Positions 26,494 through 32,000 of a stretch of DNA of 32,000 nt are shown here, in pieces. The notes under the pieces are model-generated. The model did not search any database. It had not been told where the DNA came from and saw only the letters and a list, made by a program, of their open reading frames with translations. The stretch is from Acaryochloris marina S15 (GTDB taxonomy: Bacteria > Cyanobacteriota > Cyanobacteriia > Thermosynechococcales > Thermosynechococcaceae). The stretch's first letter is position 1; each line of letters starts with the position of its first letter. The position numbers and the translations under genes were made by a program. The DNA is taken from contig NZ_CP064923.1 of NCBI RefSeq assembly GCF_018336915.1, positions 4,440,001-4,472,000 of the forward strand, given 5' to 3'.

Positions 26494-27831
26494 ATGACTA
26501 AGACGCTGGTGACAAATACTGTTTTAAGGCAGGATAGTGGAGAGAGTGACGTTTCATCTCATAAGGTGATCCGATTGGATCGCCCCCTGAGTCCTTGGAT
26601 CACAGGTGAAGCGTCTATATCCTTAGGACCCACCATGTTGCAGTCTCTTGGACAACTTGTTTACACCAGTTTTCCTAACGTCGGTTTTAGGCACTTATCG
26701 AGTCCCCAAATCCCGCAAGAGATTCAACATGCGTTTGTCCATCAAGTGGTCTACTTACGCTGGAACTCTTATAATCCACCGGCTGCTGACTACCGGGCCG
26801 CCTACCTTTATCAGATCAATCCAAACAACACTTTATTTGGGTGGTTATATGGCGATGCAACGGATGATGTCGGTCGCCATGTTCCCTATTTTATTGGCTA
26901 TCACCTCGCAGAACCGTTGACGGATGATTATCTAAACAGTATTTATATTTGTCTGCAGAGAGGGCCAACGGCAATTTCTGATAAGGAAGAGCTCAGTCAA
27001 GGGGTTATAGAAAATATCTCTATTCCAGATATTCGCGGTTATCCCCCTGCCAGAATTGGCGTCGATATCCCCGATGATATTCGCAACTACAGCCGCACGT
27101 TTTTGCAGATGCAAGAGTTGCTTAATATCTTTGTACCCGCAAGCGAACGCCAGTCCAGACTAGCCCCCCCAACTCCTATACCTGAAGTAGATCTAGCCCA
27201 ATCCCTCTCCAAGCAAAACACCATTATTCAACCGAGGAAGAATCAGCCAGGGACGACGGTTCAACCCCGCCAGCCTCAACCAGCCCAACCTCAATCAGCC
27301 CAGCCTCAACCGGCCCAGCCTCAACCGGCCCCAATGAACTATCTTGAGCAAATTCTCTATGAATTAATTGCCAAGCCCATTGGGATTCAAAGCGCGTTTT
27401 TAGTGACCATAGACGGGCAGCCCATCACTTCTCCCATTGGTATTAGCGAAAACAGCGCCTTGATTATTGCGGGCACCATGCTGTATCTCGCCAGAAGTAC
27501 TCACGAAGAATTGCAGTGGCAAGGCATTGAGAAAATTTCGGTCCAGGCCCAGGAAGGATACGTCATTTTAGCGAACTGTACATCGGAGATCTTTCTGCTC
27601 GTCAAAGCGGCTAAGGCTTTAACAGGTCTACTGGATGGCGAGATCAACCGCACCATCAAGCGTCTACAAACTGCACTCCAAATTGAACATTTGGATAAAG
27701 ATACTGAGTTATCCCCAGAGGCCAGACAAGAGCTAGTATCCCAACTCAATTTGGATCAGCCCGCCTCGGCCCCGTCAGCAGAATCTGCCCTCAAACCTGA
27801 CATGCAGTATCGAGGCAACTCTATCCAATAG
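26494..27831 (+). CDS. Protein with an unknown N-terminal domain, a Pro/Gln repeat linker and a C-terminal Roadblock/LC7 (MglB-like) domain
   Basis: C-terminal LEQILYELIAKPIGIQSAFLVTIDGQPITSPIGISENSALIIAGTMLYLARSTHEEL..EKISVQAQEGYVILANCTSEIFLLVKA fits the Roadblock/LC7 alpha-beta pattern. The start codon is uncertain (26494 or 26635). Confidence 0.6.
   Translation: MTKTLVTNTVLRQDSGESDVSSHKVIRLDRPLSPWITGEASISLGPTMLQSLGQLVYTSFPNVGFRHLSSPQIPQEIQHAFVHQVVYLRWNSYNPPAADYRAAYLYQINPNNTLFGWLYGDATDDVGRHVPYFIGYHLAEPLTDDYLNSIYICLQRGPTAISDKEELSQGVIENISIPDIRGYPPARIGVDIPDDIRNYSRTFLQMQELLNIFVPASERQSRLAPPTPIPEVDLAQSLSKQNTIIQPRKNQPGTTVQPRQPQPAQPQSAQPQPAQPQPAPMNYLEQILYELIAKPIGIQSAFLVTIDGQPITSPIGISENSALIIAGTMLYLARSTHEELQWQGIEKISVQAQEGYVILANCTSEIFLLVKAAKALTGLLDGEINRTIKRLQTALQIEHLDKDTELSPEARQELVSQLNLDQPASAPSAESALKPDMQYRGNSIQ
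27271..27330 (+). repeat. 15-bp tandem repeat x4 encoding (QPQ[PS]A)n
   Basis: Units are cagcctcaaccagcc, caacctcaatcagcc, cagcctcaaccggcc and cagcctcaaccggcc. The last two are identical. Confidence 0.9.
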
Positions 27832-27979
27832 AGACCCGCTCCTCATTGTTATAGGCCACTCTCTTATTCTTTCATCCCATCAACGTCGGATAGTAGTCTC
27901 TTGAGGCTTCTGTTGACGTTCCATTGAATTCAACTTTCTATTTCCCCATTCAATCTCTAGTCGTTAAATATTTAAGAAA

Positions 27980-29344
27980 ATGAGCTTATTATTTGGAGAT
28001 ACTCCTAAAGCCATTAATTTACTGAGTATTGGTGAACGTGGCGTCGGTAAAACTGTTTTTTTAGTCGGTAGCTACACCGAGTCAAATCATAGCCATGACG
28101 GAGATCGACAAACAAAACTATGGTTTGACTGTGAAGAGCACGGTGCTCACGAAAATATCCAAGGGGTATTAAACTATATTGCTCAAACGGGCCATTATCC
28201 ACCCCCCACCATGAAGATCTCTGACTTCACCTTTAGCTTGAAACAGCAAAGGTTTTGGGGCACCCAAACCCTCTGTAACTTCCGTTGGTGGGATATGCCA
28301 GGAGAAATCTGTGATCTGAACAACCGTCAGTTTCAATCGATGGTGTTGAGTTCCCAGGGCTGCTGCGTCTTTATTAATGCCTATGCGCTGATTCACGAAC
28401 CGGCCTATCTGGATTCGGTCAAAGACATTCTCGAATTGGTAACTGCGATCGCATCTTTGATCAAGCATCACAACTTGCAGTATCCCATGGGGTTAATTTT
28501 CACCCAATGCGATCGCTTAGAAGCAGGCCCCTTAGGCCAATTACAAATTGAGAAATGTCTAGAACCCCTGATTATTCGCCTAGAGAATGCCCGCACCAAC
28601 TATCGACGGTTTTACTCCTCTATCCCGATTGTGCGCATAGATGGCACGCCCGTTCTGCGGGCCAGTGGCTCTGCCGATGGCCTAGTTTGGGTCACCTCTG
28701 AACTATGCAAAGCCCGTTCAGTCCAATCGGGGCAAGATTTGGCCACGAGTTTATCTCAAAGCACCTCCCTCGATCAGGGTGTATCCACCCCACGACGCCC
28801 CGGCTTTACCCTGGGACTTATTTCGGCTGGCGTTATCGGCTTCTTAACCGTGGGATTTGCCCTGACGTCACTCTGGTCAACCCAACCACCGCAACAGGCT
28901 CAAGCCACCCAAAGAACGGTCCAAGATCACCAAAACGTCTTGACCCGAGATCCGAATAATTTAGATTCCCTGATTTCTGTCTACGACCATTATGTAGAAG
29001 TGGGTCAACTGGCAAAAGCGGTGCCGTTGTTAGAGAGAATTGTGGCTCAAAAGCCCACCCATCTCGATCTGAAATTTAACTTGGCAGACCTCTACGAATT
29101 AACCGGAGACAAGCAAAAAGCCGAAGCAACTTATGATGCAATTCTGACAGCACAGCCCCAGGACGTAAAAGCCATCGTTGGCAAAGGGATTCTTAGGGGC
29201 GAAGCGGGAGATTTACAAACCGCTCAATCATTATTTCAGCAGGCTGAGAACATCGCTGTTACTCAAGAAGCCAAAGGCAAAATTAAAGAGATTGCAGCCC
29301 AAACGCTCCAAACGAAAGCCCCCACGAACACAATAAAACCTTGA
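27980..29344 (+). CDS. Membrane-anchored Ras-like P-loop GTPase with a C-terminal TPR-like domain
   Basis: G1 GERGVGKT, G3 WWDMPGE (DxxG) and G4-like TQCD. One TM helix (FTLGLISAGVIGFLTVGFALTSLW), then helical repeats (..LISVYDHYVEVGQLAKAVPLLERIVAQKP..ADLYELTGDKQKAEATYDAILTAQP..). Confidence 0.6.
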   Translation: MSLLFGDTPKAINLLSIGERGVGKTVFLVGSYTESNHSHDGDRQTKLWFDCEEHGAHENIQGVLNYIAQTGHYPPPTMKISDFTFSLKQQRFWGTQTLCNFRWWDMPGEICDLNNRQFQSMVLSSQGCCVFINAYALIHEPAYLDSVKDILELVTAIASLIKHHNLQYPMGLIFTQCDRLEAGPLGQLQIEKCLEPLIIRLENARTNYRRFYSSIPIVRIDGTPVLRASGSADGLVWVTSELCKARSVQSGQDLATSLSQSTSLDQGVSTPRRPGFTLGLISAGVIGFLTVGFALTSLWSTQPPQQAQATQRTVQDHQNVLTRDPNNLDSLISVYDHYVEVGQLAKAVPLLERIVAQKPTHLDLKFNLADLYELTGDKQKAEATYDAILTAQPQDVKAIVGKGILRGEAGDLQTAQSLFQQAENIAVTQEAKGKIKEIAAQTLQTKAPTNTIKP

Positions 29345-29680
29345 CCCGCCCCTAGTTTGAATTGAAGATAAGGTGCGTTTCATCGGACTGATGTGGATGG
29401 ATATTGCCGATTAGACCTCCTCGCTCTGTATCATTTGTTTAATTCTCACGATTTTTGGTACACACTAAAAAAGTAAAGATTAATCATCTCTCCTGTTGAT
29501 GGTAATCACAGCGCTTGTAATCAAGACAGGCTATCTTAGTGGCGTTTGGCCTTTCAGATGATTAACCTAAGAGGTTATCTCAGAATTTAGCTCAGATTGA
29601 GCAGCCCCCAGGGGTAAAGACCACACCATCTTGAGTTCTTAAGCCAACTATCCTCAAAATAATCGTGGAGCAAACATCTT

Positions 29681-30025
29681 ATGTCCTGGAGAAAAATTGT
29701 TGAGATCCTATCCGGTGGACTCGCAGGATATTTGTTAGGAAAATATGCCAGTCTAGCCTTATACACCACAGCCATTGGCCCGATCAAGCTCGGCAATACA
29801 GGCCTCTTTCCGCTGCTCATCTCTACAGTACTAGGATTAATCTTTTGTCTCATTCCCTTACTACTAGGGAATGGCTTACTGCTGTCGTTCTTACCTAAAA
29901 TTGGGCTCTGGTCAACGGGGATTTCGGTGGTGATGAGTTTATATACGTTAGCCCTGGTTGCCATTGCCATCACCTTTGGAGTATTTGGCAATAATTCGCC
30001 GCTTCCTCTCCCCTTTTGGTTTTAA
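29681..30025 (+). CDS. Small polytopic membrane protein (hypothetical)
   Basis: 114 aa with 3-4 hydrophobic helices. Preferred over the overlapping minus-strand ORF 29587-29991, whose sequence is not protein-like. Confidence 0.4.
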   Translation: MSWRKIVEILSGGLAGYLLGKYASLALYTTAIGPIKLGNTGLFPLLISTVLGLIFCLIPLLLGNGLLLSFLPKIGLWSTGISVVMSLYTLALVAIAITFGVFGNNSPLPLPFWF

Positions 30026-30133
30026 CCCCCTGAGATTTAGGGCTAGGCTTCAGCCCACTCAACCACCCCCGGGGACAAGGGGCTGAACATCAATGTTTTA
30101 GGATAGGGGTATCAACATGCCCGCGCTAACGCT

Positions 30134-30511
30134 ATGGAAGACTCTCGCGACGTTTTAGAAAATAGAACATTAAAGCGTCTTTTTCTGTTCATTTATTTGG
30201 TCCCTGTCTTTGGCGTTGTCCCAGCCCTCTGGACCCTCAGTCGACGAGATAGCGATCGCAAGCAGCGAGAAGTCAGTCGAGTGGCCACCCTGATCGGCTT
30301 AGCATGGCTAATAGGAACCCTATGTCTCACTTCTGGTGTTGCCATCACTAGCGGAGAGAACGCCCAGAGTATGGGAATTTCGCAGTTATTGTTCAATAGT
30401 TTATTTACATCCGGCTATTTTCTCAGCAACTTGTGGCTGATGGTCCGGGTTTGGCGACGTCAGTCCCTCGACATTCCAGGGCTGAAACGCATCACTAAGT
30501 ATTTGCCCTAA
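30134..30511 (+). CDS. Small membrane protein (hypothetical)
   Basis: 125 aa with three predicted TM helices. Its stop lies 3 nt before the next gene's ATG. Confidence 0.45.
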   Translation: MEDSRDVLENRTLKRLFLFIYLVPVFGVVPALWTLSRRDSDRKQREVSRVATLIGLAWLIGTLCLTSGVAITSGENAQSMGISQLLFNSLFTSGYFLSNLWLMVRVWRRQSLDIPGLKRITKYLP

Positions 30512-30514
30512 ACC

Positions 30515-32000
30515 ATGGCTTGGCCCCGCCTCTTCATTCTGCTGTTAGGCCTCGCCATTATTTTGGGGCTGATGCTCTGGCTGATTAGCTCATTGCAATG
30601 GCTATACACGCAAGTTGCCCTGACATCTCCCTTTTTGGCCAACTTACTGGTGTTCTGCCTGATTGCTTTGATGGCAGTCTTAATGGGAGCTTTTCTATAT
30701 TACGGTTGGCAGTTTCGGAGCAAGAAAAAGCCGAAGAAGAAGCGTCCTCCCCAAGTGCCCACGGATAAAGTTGATGCTGCTGCCTCCAATCTGCGCGCCG
30801 TCCATCGGCAGATTCAGCAAATCCAAGACGAAGTGACTCGCCAAGCCCTGCTGAAAGAAACTCGGCAAATGGCGAAGACCTTCACCCGCCGGGCACTCAA
30901 AATCGTTGTCTTTGGCACAGGGTCTGCGGGCAAGACCTCCTTAGTCAATGCAATTGTGGGACAAATGGTGGGGGAAGTCGGGGCAACCATCGGCACTACG
31001 GCCGTGGGTCAAACCTTTCGCTGCCAGTTACGCAATGTTGATCAGGAATTGCTGATTACAGATACCCCCGGACTATCAGAACCGGGCGTTGCCGGCACCG
31101 ATCGCGAACAGGCTGCCCGTAAGTTAGCGACGGAAGCCGATTTACTGCTGTTTGTGGTCGATGGTGATTTAACCCAGTCTGAATACCAGCCTCTACGGGC
31201 GTTGGGACGGATGGGTAAACGGTCTCTGCTAGTTTTCAATAAAACCGATTGCTATACCCAAACCGATCAAGACCTGATTCAGGAACGACTGCATGAGCGT
31301 GTCCAGAACTGGATTCAGCCGGAAGACGTGGTTGCGATCGCAGCCCGTCCCCAACCCGTTCGCTTAGCCTCTGGAGAGACCTTAGAACCAGAGCCAGACC
31401 TAAAAGCACTGATACAAAGAATTTCCCGAATCCTGCGGCAAGAGGGAGAAGATTTATTCGCTGATAATATCCTGCTCCAGTCCCAGCGTTTAGGGGCAGA
31501 AGCCCGACAACAGATTGATCAAGAGCGTCGACAACAGGCCGACCAAATTGTCGATCGGTTTCAATGGATCGGCGCTGGCGTTATTTGGGTGACCCCTGTC
31601 CCAGTGATTGATTTGCTGGCAACCGCTGCCGTCAACACTCAAATGGTGATTGAAATCGCCAAGATTTATGGCTGCGATCTAACCCTAAATCGGGCTAAGG
31701 ATCTAGCCCTCTCCCTCGCTAAAACCATGGTGAGTCTCGGCATTGTTAAAGGCGCGATCGAACTCTTTGCCCGGGCCTTGCAGTTCAGTGTGGTGGGATT
31801 TGTGGTCGGTAAAACCATTCAAAGCGTGGGAGCCGCCTATTTAACCCGGATCGCGGGCAAAAGCTTTATTGAATATTTTCGCAACGATCAAGAGTGGGGA
31901 GATGGTGGCATGACAGAAGTTGTCCAGCGCCAGTTTCAGCTCCATCGCCGCGATCGATTCGTCAAAGCCTTTATTCAAGAAGCCATCACCAAACTACCGA
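30515..32000 (+). CDS. Membrane-associated GTP-binding protein with a C-terminal DUF697-like domain (3' end outside the window)
   Basis: My own translation from ATG 30515 stays open to the window end. N-terminal TM helices, then G1 GTGSAGKTS, G3 DTPG and G4 NKTD. C-terminal hydrophobic region IGAGVIWVTPVPVIDLLATAAVNTQMVIEIAKIYG. It is absent from the ORF track because it has no stop codon. Confidence 0.7.
   Translation, partial: MAWPRLFILLLGLAIILGLMLWLISSLQWLYTQVALTSPFLANLLVFCLIALMAVLMGAFLYYGWQFRSKKKPKKKRPPQVPTDKVDAAASNLRAVHRQIQQIQDEVTRQALLKETRQMAKTFTRRALKIVVFGTGSAGKTSLVNAIVGQMVGEVGATIGTTAVGQTFRCQLRNVDQELLITDTPGLSEPGVAGTDREQAARKLATEADLLLFVVDGDLTQSEYQPLRALGRMGKRSLLVFNKTDCYTQTDQDLIQERLHERVQNWIQPEDVVAIAARPQPVRLASGETLEPEPDLKALIQRISRILRQEGEDLFADNILLQSQRLGAEARQQIDQERRQQADQIVDRFQWIGAGVIWVTPVPVIDLLATAAVNTQMVIEIAKIYGCDLTLNRAKDLALSLAKTMVSLGIVKGAIELFARALQFSVVGFVVGKTIQSVGAAYLTRIAGKSFIEYFRNDQEWGDGGMTEVVQRQFQLHRRDRFVKAFIQEAITKLP

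Noticed and set aside
29477-29580. 10-bp inverted repeat (ttaatcatct / agatgattaa) with a 66-nt spacer, plus the small hairpin taacct-aag-aggtta, considered as a possible sRNA or riboswitch
   Set aside because: The stems are short and AT-rich and I recognise no conserved motif. More likely a weak terminator or promoter region between 29344 and 29681.
29587-29991. 134-aa minus-strand ORF overlapping 29681-30025
   Set aside because: The sequence has no domain or membrane pattern, whereas the plus-strand frame encodes clean hydrophobic helices. Confidence in either is modest.
1-32000. CRISPR arrays, tRNA/rRNA genes and toxin-antitoxin or restriction-type defence genes
   Set aside because: I saw no regularly spaced direct repeats, no tRNA T-loop/acceptor architecture and no nuclease, helicase or methylase motifs on either strand. 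This was a visual scan only, so small RNAs could have been missed.

Overview
Calls rest on reading the sequence and on motif memory; no database search was possible. This is a cyanobacterial chromosomal window: it has nine exact HIP1 palindromes (GCGATCGC), ycf35/ycf49-like genes and csaB. Both flanks look like ordinary core genome. The left flank carries folC, a DUF2997-Ycf35-ferredoxin operon, an outer-membrane barrel, an MsbA-like ABC exporter, an FHA-domain class A PBP, a cytochrome c, csaB, a CDO-type cupin, a TerD-like protein, ispE and rsmA. The right flank carries small membrane proteins and a DUF697-type GTPase. Two AT-rich accessory patches interrupt this. The first (about 11.1-13.6 kb) holds two gene remnants (an LRR fragment and a Uma2 fragment) and an RTX-type calcium-binding repeat protein. 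The second (about 17.1-29.3 kb) is the main object of interest. It contains five paralogous double-glycine-leader peptides with unusual acidic, Cys-free, Gly/Ala/Asn-rich cores, a HlyD adaptor and a C39-peptidase ABC exporter. Directly downstream on the same strand lie a Roadblock/LC7-domain protein and a membrane-anchored Ras-like GTPase with a TPR tail, which may be an MglA/MglB-like switch attached to a peptide-export locus. Two apparently identical 1142-bp IS630-family elements sit in this locus. One is intergenic; the other splits the exporter's C39 domain, with a 3-bp duplication whose removal restores the reading frame exactly. I found no tRNA, rRNA or CRISPR array.
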